Source: Phoronis australis | Taxonomy: Eukaryota > Animalia > Phoronida | Length of the DNA: 64,000 nt | Assembly: GCA_002633005.1 (NCBI GenBank) | Contig: NMRA01000419.1 | Coordinates: 280,770 to 344,769 of the forward strand | Direction: 5' to 3' | Shown: piece by piece, positions 52,901 through 64,000 of the stretch | How the letters are laid out: each line of letters starts with the position of its first letter | Numbering within the stretch: position 1 is the first letter of the stretch | Translations under genes and position numbers: made by a program | Notes under the pieces: model-generated | Told to the model about the DNA's origin: nothing | The model's database searches: none | Seen by the model: only the letters and a program-made list of their open reading frames with translations

Positions 52901-55900
52901 CAGAATTTGAGGAGATTGAAACTGTGGCTGAAGAAGTCCACTCTTCAGTACCATCTCCAGGAAGAGTTGATGATGATGATGATGATGATAAGGAAGATGA
53001 TTCCTCTCCTAATGAAGTCACTGGCATGACAGAAAGTGTGGCTGAGGAAGTGGTGGGAGGGAAGGAGTCAGAGGATGAGGAACAGATGGTAGCTGAAAGG
53101 ATGATCTCTGCTGATGTTGCAGGTTGGTAATATTCACTGTGGTCGCTAGGAGCATAACATTTAGAGCCTTGTCACACGAAGGCAGTTCCCTGCACAATCT
53201 TGAAAACGGCACTAAAACTTCAGTGGGAACCGGATAAGCATTATACAATCTAAGCAAGAACCCCGTGGCCTGTCACATTAGAGGCATTTTTTGACCAAAG
53301 TACTTTCTTTCTGTCCATCCCTACCAGTAGCCGGTTTCATCAAAATATTAAGACAAGTGTGACAGGGCCTTGAACATTATGCTGAGAAATAGTTGTCATG
53401 TTGAAAGACATGTCAAATACCTCGCTATGGTACTTTGCGTTACTATGTAACCACTGTTGTGAGGTGATGTTGCTTGATTTGTCATGTAATGTTATTTCTT
53501 AAGTCACCCAGACAACAGGTGGTGCTGTTGGTGAATGACCTGACTAAATACCGGCTGCATAGTTCATAAAGCCATAACCATGTAATGGAAGTTAACGAGC
53601 AGACAATGGCTCAGTACATCAAAGATGAAAAGACATGTTAATCTAAGAGACAAAGAGGTGCAAGTTGCAGTCAGTCAGTAGATTTAGGTCGCAGTTGTAA
53701 TGTGACACAATAAAGACACAATATTTACATATTTAGTTTGGACACATTTGCAGCTTCCATTTGTTCTGATAACTCCTAACTATTGTTTTTAGCTCTGGCA
53801 AGTTGTTGACAGAAATCTCTGTCATCACTGCCACCTTGTGGTCACTGTCTATTTTCGTCTTTCTTTTCAGCACCAAGCCATGAAAGTGACAAGGAATCTG
53901 TAGATGAGAACGCTAGTGATGCTGAGAGTGAGAAGGGGTACTGACACGTTTTGTTTCTCTTAAATTTTGTGCTGTTTTTTGGCAATCTGAACTGTAGGAA
54001 CGTAATACTTGAGTACGGTGGTTGCTCTGCAATTGCATTGTGATGTGTAGAATTGGTAAATCGCATCACATGGTAAACTGCCTTCTTGACCCTTTATCAG
54101 CTTCTGTTCAGCACACATTTACAAAGTCATGTAACCAACATGTTGCTTTCTTTACAGGAGTGCTGTTGGAGAACTTATTGCCATTTACAAAGTCATGTAA
54201 CCAACATGTTGCTTTCTTTACAGGAGTGCTGTTGGAGAACTTATCGCTGACATTTTTGGATCAAGTGATGAAGAGGAAGAATTTGAGGTGCTTTTTGTAA
54301 AAAATGTGTCATAGGGCTCATAATTTGACCTTGTCTCCTTTGAGGAATTGAGAGCCTGTGTTGCAGTTGCTCACTGTTGATAGCTCAGTAGTCATTCTAC
54401 TTCGCTGAGTCATAAAAAAATACATGACGGACTACATCAACATGGAACCTTTTATTCAAAAGTTGAAACTTTCACCTTTAAGGGTGTAATGAAGTGTATG
54501 ACGAAATAAGAAAGCTATTTCCAGACATCAAGTATTTCAAGCGTGTTCATTTCTCTAATCTTAAGATTATTGTGTACTGTGCATTTTCACTAATTTCTAA
54601 CTAACTGGATTTTATTTTTAGTCGATTATGTTTGTTGTGCAGTTGTAAATACATTGGTAAATTTTTTCGGTACCCTAGGGATTCAATGAAGCAGACGTGC
54701 AGGAAGGCAAGACCAAGGCAAAGAGAGCTGTGATTGGCTCAGATGATGAACAGGAAGCTGGTGAGAAAGAGGCTGCACCAGTGGCAGACGATCAAGTTAT
54801 TCCAGACTTGTCTGATGAGGAAGATGATGACAAAGTCAACAGAGAGTAAGTAGGGGATGGGTGATGTGTAAACAGAGAGTAAGTAGGGGATGGGTGATGT
54901 GTAAACAGACAGTAAGTAGGGGACGGGTGATGTGTAAACAGACAGTAAGTAGGGGACGGGTGATGTGTAAACAGACAGTAAGTAGGGGATGGGTAATGTG
55001 TTACAGATATGAATCAAAGTAGAGAGTAACAGGACAACCCAAAAGAAATCAGTCAAATGATAGGAATCCATCATCATGATAGCTTCCTAAAAGGGAAACA
55101 CTAAATTTACTGGGCAGGTGTAGTAGCCGTCCGTCATGGCTGGCAATTTAGTGGAAAGTTGACATTAGTGGAATCGCTATTCTATTTTTAGAATATTGCC
55201 ATGATAACTGGTCACTTTTGCAGTAAGTAAAATTATCTATCATGATGGAGAAACACTGTTTTGTCTGATTACTGTTAGTGCACCTTGTAATTCATTGTTT
55301 CTTTGATCGGGGCGACATTTCAGGTCATTTTTACATATGAGCTGTTGAGCACTCGATCTTATTACTGGGGTTAAAGTCATACAGAGTAGAAATTGCTTTA
55401 CGGTTTTTTCAAACTTGATTCATGATTTCTCACATTTTTTGAGGATGGTAGTGGCACTACCTAGGATGGTTTGGGGAAATATTTCTATGTGCAGGGGTGA
55501 TGTCCTGTATGGTGGCTGTGTGTTGGAATACTTCTTCTAACATTTTATTCCTGCTTACAGTACACGACTAAAGTTATCAGACAAAACACCGTTTTCCCGT
55601 CATAACAGCAAATTCTGTTAACAGCAAAAATGACTGATAGTAACCATCAAGAGGGGTATCTTCTAATCGCAGAATGGTTGAGTCACCTTACTAACGTTCC
55701 TGTTAATTCCACGTCATTCTCTGTCGTGATGATAGATTACTCCGAGGGTCGTGACGGGAAATTCCGTGTCATTTTGTTTGAATACTTTAGGCTTGTACTG
55801 TAACTATGGCTTTTCACAAATGCAGGCTGTATGAGATTCCCCCATCTAGCTAATAGTAAACTTTCCATTAGGTCTTATCCAGCCAGGCAGAGAAAATTTT

Positions 55901-58900
55901 TTTTTGGAATAATGCGTGGTATGAGTTATCTGAAGGTCGGAGTGCTCACACTAAAACACTCATTCCGCAGAACTTTGAACAAACATGTGACTAGTGCAAG
56001 TTTTACCATATGTCTGTCATAATTATTAAGACATGAAGAAATGTAATGACCTGATGGGGTCGTACTGCTCAGGTTTGCATGAACACTGTCCTATAGGTGG
56101 CTCTCAAGTTAGCATCCAATAGCAACATCATGTGGAACGGTGTATAACTCAGGCTTCAGAATAACATTGTATCTTTATGTTCCAGGGACTTTGTGTCCGA
56201 CTTTGACCTAATGATGCAACGAAAGAAGGAGGAAATGGGAAAGAGACGGCGCAAGCGGAAAGACGTTGACATCATCAACGACAATGATGACCTCATCGTT
56301 GACCTAATTAGGAGGATGAAAGAGGCAGCTGAGGTAGAGTGCAGACCAGTCACTTACATTGACATGTGATGATTTTACTAGTTAGATAATTATACTATCA
56401 ATAAAATTAGCATTATGTAGAAACTTGTCTACAAGTATGTACATTTAGCCAAATATCTACAAACTATTGAATTTGGCAGCAAAAGTTTACATTTTCTGAA
56501 AGTAGAAATTCCATAGAATTCAATTTTTGACTTAATACCAATCTATCATTAATTGGTGTTGGGAATGTGCTTATGTCATGAAATTAAGTAATAAGGAAAT
56601 GTACCTTCATAGCAAAACAACAAAATCAATGACATGATGAGCAAATTTTATATAAAATGTTAAAGGTAAAAATCACAAAACAGCTGTTAAGTTTTTTAAA
56701 TTATCATTTTGTTTTTGTTTTATGCAATTTAAGTTGTTTTCATAAAAATTATGATTGTGAAACTGTTGCATCAGTAGATATTTTCAATGTTTTATGAGCT
56801 GCCATGTCTTAATATTTCAGAAACATGTATTTAACACTGAAATCATCCATGTCCCAATCTTCATGATCAAGAAAAATAATTTTCAGCTTGAATTTTGGTG
56901 TCCCAAATTTTAGAGACTGTCTCAATCTAGAGAATTTTTACCGTAATCCTGAGGTTATGGTGACCATGTGTCAAATGTTTTCCAAGCCGAACTTAAATGT
57001 TTCGTTTAAAGAAAGCATTGTCCACTTATGTTTGAAGTCAAAGGAACACAAGATGTGTGTCAGTGAATGTTTTTGAAGAAAATCAATTATTTTTCCTTTG
57101 GTACTGTTAAACGTGGGCATGCATGTTTTTACTTTCCTATTTTTTTTCTTAATTTTTAATATCCATGTTTCATTTTCTGACTACATTTAATAAATGTTTT
57201 CACATGCTTTCAACAGGAAGACAGAGAACTGAACAAAGTGAGAAAACCTGCCTTAAAGAAATTAGCCATGCTGCCTGAGGTGAAATCACAGCTTATTAAG
57301 TAAGTTTCTAAACCTTGTTATGGAGAACATTTTGCTGGCTTGTGGCCTTTTTGTTTCTATGAACGCATCATCTGACTTCAGATGGCACTAGTTCACTGCA
57401 GCTGGAGTGTGTAGTTGATAGCAATTTTGTTGTTGATCAATTCTTTAGTTGCTGCTGCAATCCAGGTGGAACAATTTACTTGTCATTCTTTTCATTTCAG
57501 ATCTGGTATACACATAGCCTTTCTAGAGTGTGGCATCCTAACAGCAATAACAGTAAGTTGAAGCAGAATACTGAGGCAATTGTGTTTGGCTTGTTGACAA
57601 TGTTTTTCACTTTTTCGTTGCCTCCTTTGTCTGAATGAAAAACAAACATTCAGCCGTTTTAAATTTTTATGCCTCCTTTACCTGTTGTTGCTGTCTGTAG
57701 CTTTAGATCGGTTTGTGAAAAATTTGTTCCTTTTCTTTTAAGCGTTTTGCGGACTTGTATAAACCTGTCTTCCATGATAAAACTAACTTTTGCTTAAGAA
57801 CCTTAATTTGCAGCTATGAACTCAAAATTTTCCTTACTTAAGTAAATTATGCCAAGGTGCTTTCAGGTGCCTGTTTCTTTTTAAAGTCTATAGCCAAAAG
57901 CTGATTTTATGTCTTTTGGCTTTTAGTCTGCTTCCAAATAGGCTACAGATTTCTGTCTTCTTGCTTTGAGTTGTAGACAGGTTTTCTGACTTTTAGCCGT
58001 AGCTTGATTTTTTTGGTCTCAAGTAATAAAATAGTTCAGATCATACTGAAGCTTGCCTTGAAAAAAAGCAGATGGTGTGACTGTATTATGTGCAAGTTGG
58101 CGATATATATGTATGTATGTATTACTGGTTACCAGTAGGTTATAATGACTTTCAGTGTATTACACGCAAGTACTGGTTACCAGTAGGTTATTATGTCTTT
58201 CGCTGTATTACATGCAAGTACTAGTTACCAGTAGGTTATAATGTCTTTCACTGTATTACACGCAAGTACTGGTTACCAGTAGGTTATAATGTGTTTCACT
58301 GTATTACATGCAAGTACTGGTCACCAGTAGTTTATAATGTCTTTCACTGTGTTACACGCAAGTTCATGACTCTAGACACTAATTATGTCTTTCATTGTAT
58401 TACATTCATTGTGCTTGTTTATGACATCTTGTCACTCCATTGCAGGAATGGTTGGCACCTCTTCCTGACAAAAGCCTTCCTCATTTGCAGATCAGAGAAT
58501 TTTTACTTAAAATACTGGGAGAGGTAAGAAACAGTTAAGGGCTCATCCAGCAAAATCCGTATGGGGGGACGGCGGTAGAAATAAAAATTCATGGGTGGTG
58601 GTTTCCAGAAAAAAGCTCAAATTATGGGTGGTCATTCTAAGAAGTGAAGCATTAAAACTGGATGGTATTTTTTGACCTGTCAATGTTGACTGGTTGGTAT
58701 TTTCATCCAAACACATCTTAAAAGAAAAAACAACTCATCAAACATTCACTTGGCAAATACCCTATCACATCCCAAAACATCAAACAAGCCCATGTTGCCT
58801 GTGTACAGAGTGCAATATGTACTCTAAGCCATTAATCAAGTCGTGAGCAACTTGATTATGAACACATGTTCAACTCCAGTCATATTAGAATGAAACTGGT

Positions 58901-61900
58901 GTTAACACACATAAGAAAATTGATGATTTTTAAATAAAAATTATGATGAGTAAGATAGACAAGTTCTAATATTCACTTGACATAGCAGTATAAAAGAGTT
59001 CGTGGAGACTGTTTGAGATTCATAGACCCATGAAATTGAAAAAACCTTTATTGAAATTACAGACACATGGTGAACAGAGACACCTAGTGGCTACCAAAAG
59101 TATTGCTCACAGGTGTCTTTGAAAAGCAAGTTTCTGGTAACTGATATGAGTAGTGATCTCACATGGAATTTTTCTGCACCCACAAAAACTTTGTGGTCGG
59201 TCCGTCTGTCATTATCCTTTCTTGTCCATCAATTATCTCAGGGCTGTTCCAGCAAAATCTGTGTGGGAGGGGGGGGAAGGCAACTGAAATAAAAATTTAT
59301 GGGTGGTTGCGTTTGATTTAAATTCAAAATGGCTGGTGGTCGTACTTCAAAAAAATAAAAATTTACAGGTCGTTGTTGTTTCATTGGGCCATAAATGTTT
59401 GATGGTGGGTAATTTTAGTAAATTTTATAAACAATCCGCACAGAATCAAAAACTGAAACAAAAATGCAACTTGCAAAAAGCTCCAACTTTTTCACTCCCT
59501 CCGATCTCCTCATCGGCATGCCCATAACACCATTTAACCACAGGTGCTCGAATTTCTCGATGGCTAATAACCATATATAAGAAACATATGTTTTCTTAGT
59601 TATGAATGACATTAGTGGTGATGGAGGAACAGATAAACTCATGTGCCTGTGCAGTCAACCACAAGAACAAAAAAAATTACAGGTGGTTGCATTTCAAACT
59701 TATAAAAAATTACGGGTGGTAGGCTGAAGAAATAAATGAAAAATATGGGTGGTGGGTGAGAAAAAAAGGTGCCTTGCCCCCTCCCATACAGATTTTAAGA
59801 ACGGCTTGGTGGATCATGATGAAATTTGGTATATACTAGGTACTTGGCAAGGATGCGGCTGCACCAGTCGATTTCCGGGCGGGTTTGGCAACCATGGTAC
59901 CCCATGTTGGCCGCTTAAGTTTTCGACAAGCCATTCCTTGTATGTTATCACAAAAGCTGCTTCACTGATCACTGACAATGAAAGTTGAAATAGAAGTATA
60001 TCGCAAGAATGTGCCGGCACCAATCAATTTTTGGACGCTGGATATAACTACTGTGGCACTCCGTTAGTTTTTGACAAGACAGGTTGATTATCTCAAAAAG
60101 TGCTAGACACAACTGGAAATTTGGCTCAAAAATATATAGCAGGGATGGATGCATTGACAGAAGTCATTTTCATTTTGATTCGACCACCGTCTTGGCTAAT
60201 TTAGTTTTTGACAATATTGGACAAGACAACTAGTTCTTGTCTGTCAATCATCTAAGTTCTGTACAGGTCATCCTGGATGCAATTTGTTTGCAAGTGTTGG
60301 ATTTTATATTTTAACCTATTAATTAAACAATTATGGGTCATGGGTTGGAGAAATAAATAAAAAATATGGACGGTGGGTATGAAATAAAAGTGCCTCCCCT
60401 CCTCCCATACAGATTTTGCTGGAACAGCCCTTACTGTGTAGTCTTGACTTGAGCTTTGATACACAAGTGTTTCTGTAACCCCTAGTTCATTATTATTATG
60501 ATTATGATTATTATTTTGATTATTATTATTAGTGGAAAGGGGCCATTGCCTGGACAGCTGAAATGAGGGATATGGATGGATGTTGTATTTGCCTCTCTTG
60601 ATGATTGGCTGTCCCTTGGCATAAGCCAGACGTCCGGAGGTTACCTGGTAACTGTGTGTGTGATAAAATATTCTTGAACTGTACGCAGTAGTACTGTGAT
60701 TGTTGAATGTGAACACAAAGTTGATTTTCTGCTTATTGGATGCTCTGACTGTTTTGTTGCAGTTTCCATCCATTGGTAGTGATGCCCTCAAGACAAGTGG
60801 AGTGGGTAAGGCTGTCATGTACGTGTACAAGCACCCACGCGAGGTGAAGAGTAACAGAGACAAGGCGGGAAAACTAATCAGTAAGCTATTGGCTAGATGT
60901 CGTTGAAAAAGCCTGCAACTTTTCTAAAACAAAGAATTCGTTTATCAGTGTGTTGTAACTAGGCCATGACAGTGTGTTAATGAACATTTACAATTGCTGC
61001 ATTCCATTCATTTTCAGTGAAGACTTGTTACTAATAAGCTGCTTTGCTACATTTGATTGTTTAATCTTTGTGGAGAAAAATATATTTGTTATGTCCTTAA
61101 TATATCTAGACTGAGTAAATGTGCAGACAAGCTGTGTAGCCAGTATTCTATCCACTTTTTAAACTTACGTTTTACAGATGAATGGTCAAGGCCAATATTT
61201 GACAAGATGTGTATCCACTTTTTAAACTTATGTTTTACAGATGAATGGTCAAGGCCAATATTTGACAAGATGTGTATCCACTTTTTAAACTTATGTTTTA
61301 CAGATGAATGGTCAAGGCCAATATTTGACCTCACATCAAACTACAAATTGTTATCCAAAGAAGAGCGTGAAAAACGAGACTACGATCAGTTGCCTAAGAA
61401 AAGAAGGATGAGGTAGGTACATTGTGGACGTGTGTCACAAATTAAGGTGGAATGTGACAAAAGATTCGCTTAGACTGAGTTAAAGTTAGTGTTGTACAAA
61501 TATTATGTATGCTGATATTAGTTAAAGTATTGTACAAACATTATCTCTGCTGAATATTAATTAAAGCATCCAATTCACTATGTTCTAATTGTTCTTGACT
61601 AGAAACGATTGTTGTCTTTTATAAAGTCAGTGTTTCCTGTTTTATCAGTCTCCCACTTGTTTATACATGTGCTATTATTATGTGATCAGGTTGTATGGAT
61701 TGTTACCAAGGAGATCAAGGTTATAGTTATTTTGCCTTTGGTGGACATTGACGGGTTAACACTGTCTTTGAACACTTGACCGCACATCATGCTCTGATTT
61801 AGATACAACGTAAAGGTTACCTGTCTTAGCATTTAAAATGCCTGCACAGTTTACACTGTCCTTTACTGCAAAGTATCTGAAATGCAACGCGAGGATTCTC

Positions 61901-62252
61901 TAAAAGTGTCCTATCAGAAGATAGTGTTAATCTGTTGTCCAGTATGTTTGTGTTCGTTCCTCTTGTTAATATTTATTTACTGTTATCAACATTTTGTCTC
62001 TAGTCTTTCTACATGAATTAATCATCGTACAATATTTAATGTTAATGAAATCATAATTATGTGTTTTTGTTAATTAATTCCGGGGATGTGAGTTAATGGT
62101 TTTGTTGTTTAGTTTTTCCTGTATTACTTAAAAGTGACTCACTTGTGCAAGTATTTAATACTAATTGCTAGTCTTTACTATCTGGTTTTCAGCAGTGACG
62201 GTGGTGCCACACCAAGGCGAGATATTGACAAAGAATTGACTGGTGAAAAAAG
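43989..62252 (+). CDS. IWS1: IWS1/Spn1 transcription elongation factor (SPT6-interacting), 13 exons in window, 3' end beyond window
   Basis: Exons 43989-44013 (MNSEDTYE, less certain), 51011-51240 ([12 protein letters not shown], cf. human DDGGATPVQDER), 52057-53122, 53871-53937, 54224-54287 ([16 protein letters not shown]), 54679-54845, 56186-56333 ([14 protein letters not shown]), 57217-57299, 57501-57552, 58446-58523 ([12 protein letters not shown]), 60763-60880 ([19 protein letters not shown]), 61304-61412 (NEWSRPIF), 62193-62252 (GGATPRRD). Phases are consistent; ~755 codons. Confidence 0.93.
45187..46230 (-). repeat. 3' LTR (1044 bp)
   Basis: Minus strand begins TGTCGTGAAC and ends GGTCGCAACA (imperfect inverted TG...CA termini). 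It is directly preceded by the PPT AAGGGAGGGGATGAA (46231-46245). TATA-like TATTTAAAG at 45673-45681. No second LTR is available to confirm the boundaries. Confidence 0.8.
46820..48540 (-). pseudogene. Retrotransposon ORF3: S/P-rich linker, C2H2-like zinc finger, helical region and complete TatD-family metallo-nuclease domain
   Basis: TatD motifs in order: [70 protein letters not shown]. One frameshift near 47565; in-frame TGAs at 47180, 47021 and 46871. Confidence 0.9.
48564..49206 (-). pseudogene. Gypsy integrase remnant with GPY/F-type C-terminal region and terminal PHD finger
   Basis: [26 protein letters not shown], then an internal deletion, then [32 protein letters not shown]. This is followed by [19 protein letters not shown](C)[29 protein letters not shown], with one 2-nt frameshift near 48653. 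Confidence 0.88.
54116..54247. repeat. 66-bp tandem duplication containing the IWS1 exon 5 acceptor
   Basis: CATTTACAAAGTCATGTAACCAACATGTTGCTTTCTTTACAG|GAGTGCTGTTGGAGAACTTATYGC x2. Confidence 0.95.
54838..55001. repeat. 33-bp minisatellite, 5 copies, each containing the exon 6 donor GTAAGT
   Basis: AACAGA(G/C)A|GTAAGTAGGGGAYGGGTGATGTGTA x5. Confidence 0.95.
58123..58405. repeat. 48-bp minisatellite, ~5.5 copies, ending ~40 nt upstream of IWS1 exon 10
   Basis: TACTGGTTACCAGTAGGTTATAATGTCTTTCACTGTATTACACGCAAG unit with internal hairpin TACTGGT-T-ACCAGTA. Confidence 0.92.
58538..60431. mobile_element. Nested or composite MITE cluster in IWS1 intron 10
   Basis: AGGGCT(C/G)..CCAGCAAAATC left ends at 58538 and 59240; CCTCCCATACAGATTTT right ends near 59780 and 60400-60431; outer ends flanked by TA. 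Confidence 0.65.
61149..61329. repeat. 63-bp tandem triplication containing the IWS1 exon 12 acceptor
   Basis: TATCCACTTTTTAAACTTAYGTTTTACAG|ATGAATGGTCAAGGCCAATATTTGAC x3; acceptor exon starts at 61178, 61241, 61304. Confidence 0.95.
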
Positions 62253-62976
62253 GTAAGCCAACAGGTCAAACCATTTATAGCTTGCAATGTCATGAAAGTG
62301 TGATGCCATTTTTTACTTTCTGGATTACTTTCCCTCCCTTTGTATTGTTTCGTAAAGTATTTTAAATTGACTTTAATTTGATTTGACTCCGGTTGACATT
62401 GTTGTCTTTAATTTTTCATGCAGGCAGTCACTTTCCTTGGAATTTTTTTATTTTTGTACTATTCCCTTTAAATAAAGTTAATCTTTGCAAAACTGCTAAA
62501 ATCAGCCAAGGAATTTTGTGATGAATGGCATCTCATGAAATGAAAAGCCTAGCATGTTGAATCTCTTGCGTTGCCACGCATGTTTCATAGATGCGAGAAC
62601 ATTCAAGACTTGGCGAGGTATCTCCATGTATTTACAAGCAAAGCATGTTATCATACCAGCTACATCGAGTCTTGCATCTACGAAAGTCGGCTCAGATCTC
62701 ATGTCTGACTACTGCAACTTAATGATATCTTGTGAATATGATAGTAAAACATCTGGCTCCTTGGAACACTTAACGAGAGCTGTTGTTGTCAGCTGTTTAG
62801 TTCATTGACCCTTGTAAATAAATGCACAGTAAGTTGGACATGCAGAAGTCAAAGTTCAGCAGTCTAGTTTTTCTAGTCGGTGCAGGCAAGCCTTCAGATA
62901 AGTCGGATTTCGCCATACTCTGATGAAAACTGGGTCAGAAGTGGTTAAAATAAGTTTACTTATTCTCTTCATATGG

Positions 62977-63994
62977 TTTTTATGCGCCCACATATTTATA
63001 TGTGGACGCATTATGCCGTCATCTCCGTCCGTCCGTCCGGCGTCTGCTGCTCTATCTCCAAAACCCTTCGACATACGTTCATGAAATTTGGCACATATGT
63101 TCCATTCATGAATGGGACGGCATGTGCGAACTTTCGGACGGATCCGACTACCGGTGTGCCCCCTAGTGGCAATTTTAGTTTTTTACGCTTACCTTTGTAT
63201 CTTCAAAAGTCCTGAACGGATTTTCATGAAATTTGGTATGTAGGCACCTATTAGTGAGATGACGCTATCCTACTGTTTTCAGATGGATTCGACGTAGTTT
63301 GCGCCACCTAGTGGCCATTTTTACTGTTTTCGAGTCTGTATTTTTGCGTCCACCCCTCTATCAACCAAACCGCTCAAAGGATGATTGTGAAAATTGGCGT
63401 GTATGTGCTTACTATAAGGAAGACAGCTGACAATGATTTTCAGACGATTTGGACTACTGTGGCGCCTCCTAGTGGCAGTTTTTTTTTTTTGCGCCCATGG
63501 CTGTATCTCCCAAACCGTTTGCAGGATCTTTACTAAATTTAGCAAGTGTATTTATGTGATGTTGACAACGGACGATGACGACTTTAGGATGATTCTGATT
63601 ACCGGTATGCCTCTAGTGGCAATTTTAGTATTTTACATTGACCTCTGTATTTTCTTCAGGTGTGTACTTTGTGTTACTTCGTGACTATGAAGGAAAAGTT
63701 CCAAGTAGAAATTTGTTTCTGGCATTCTAATGCTGTGCTAATCTCGTATATTGGTAAATTTGTTTTTAATTCTATGTTTCTGTGGTGCTTTAAGCAACTG
63801 GTGTATAGGATGTGCTTATATTATGAAGATTACTCACATTTTGCCCCTAGCCTATTGAGGAGACAATGACCATGCCTTTCCATTTTGCAAAGTATGCCCT
63901 CTACTGGCCACTTTATGGTACCAATAAACAACCCTAGAAGGATACCGTATGCGGTGCAATCGTGGGCGCATTTCAACGCGCATTCCCACATTTT
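62977..63994 (+). mobile_element. Non-autonomous Helentron-associated element (HINE/DINE-1/pearl-like) with internal ~150-bp tandem repeats
   Basis: T-run, subTIR ATGCGCCCAC (62982) forming a hairpin with GTGGACGCAT, (CCGT)n microsatellite, ~4 diverged repeats with ATGAAATTTGG and CTAGTGGC cores, and 3' subTIR GTGGGCGCAT (63962-63971) before a T-run. Confidence 0.75.
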
Positions 63995-64000
63995 CTTATT

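Noticed and set aside
52059-53027. Ser-rich minus-strand ORFs
   Set aside because: Antisense shadows of the acidic IWS1 exon 3.
60252-60863. 203-aa minus-strand ORF
   Set aside because: Overlaps IWS1 exon 11 antisense, an (ATT)n tract and a MITE end; no recognisable domain.

Overview
Eukaryotic, not prokaryotic: an AT-rich, repeat-dense animal scaffold with GT-AG introns and three N gaps. The repeat families suggest a lophotrochozoan or mollusc-like invertebrate. I rebuilt three + strand host genes exon by exon with consistent phases: a divergent 8-exon beta-tubulin (1223-13562, 445 aa), a 5-exon SLC16/MCT-type transporter (19276-30141, 611 aa), and IWS1 (43989 to beyond 62252, 3' end outside the window). 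Between and within them are minisatellites, MITEs, a THAP pseudogene, a LINE RT split by a nested insertion, a tRNA-derived SINE head and a Helentron-type element. The main find is a decayed, 5'-truncated Ty3/Gypsy LTR retrotransposon (45187-~49207, minus strand) in IWS1 intron 1. Its integrase ends in a PHD finger with an H3K4me3-reader-type signature. Its env position holds a zinc-finger plus full-length TatD nuclease ORF, preceded by a splice acceptor. Also notable: three independent tandem duplications straddling IWS1 splice sites, four TQAY motifs in IWS1, and tubulin substitutions clustered at the colchicine pocket. All calls come from manual reading and translation; no database searches were run.
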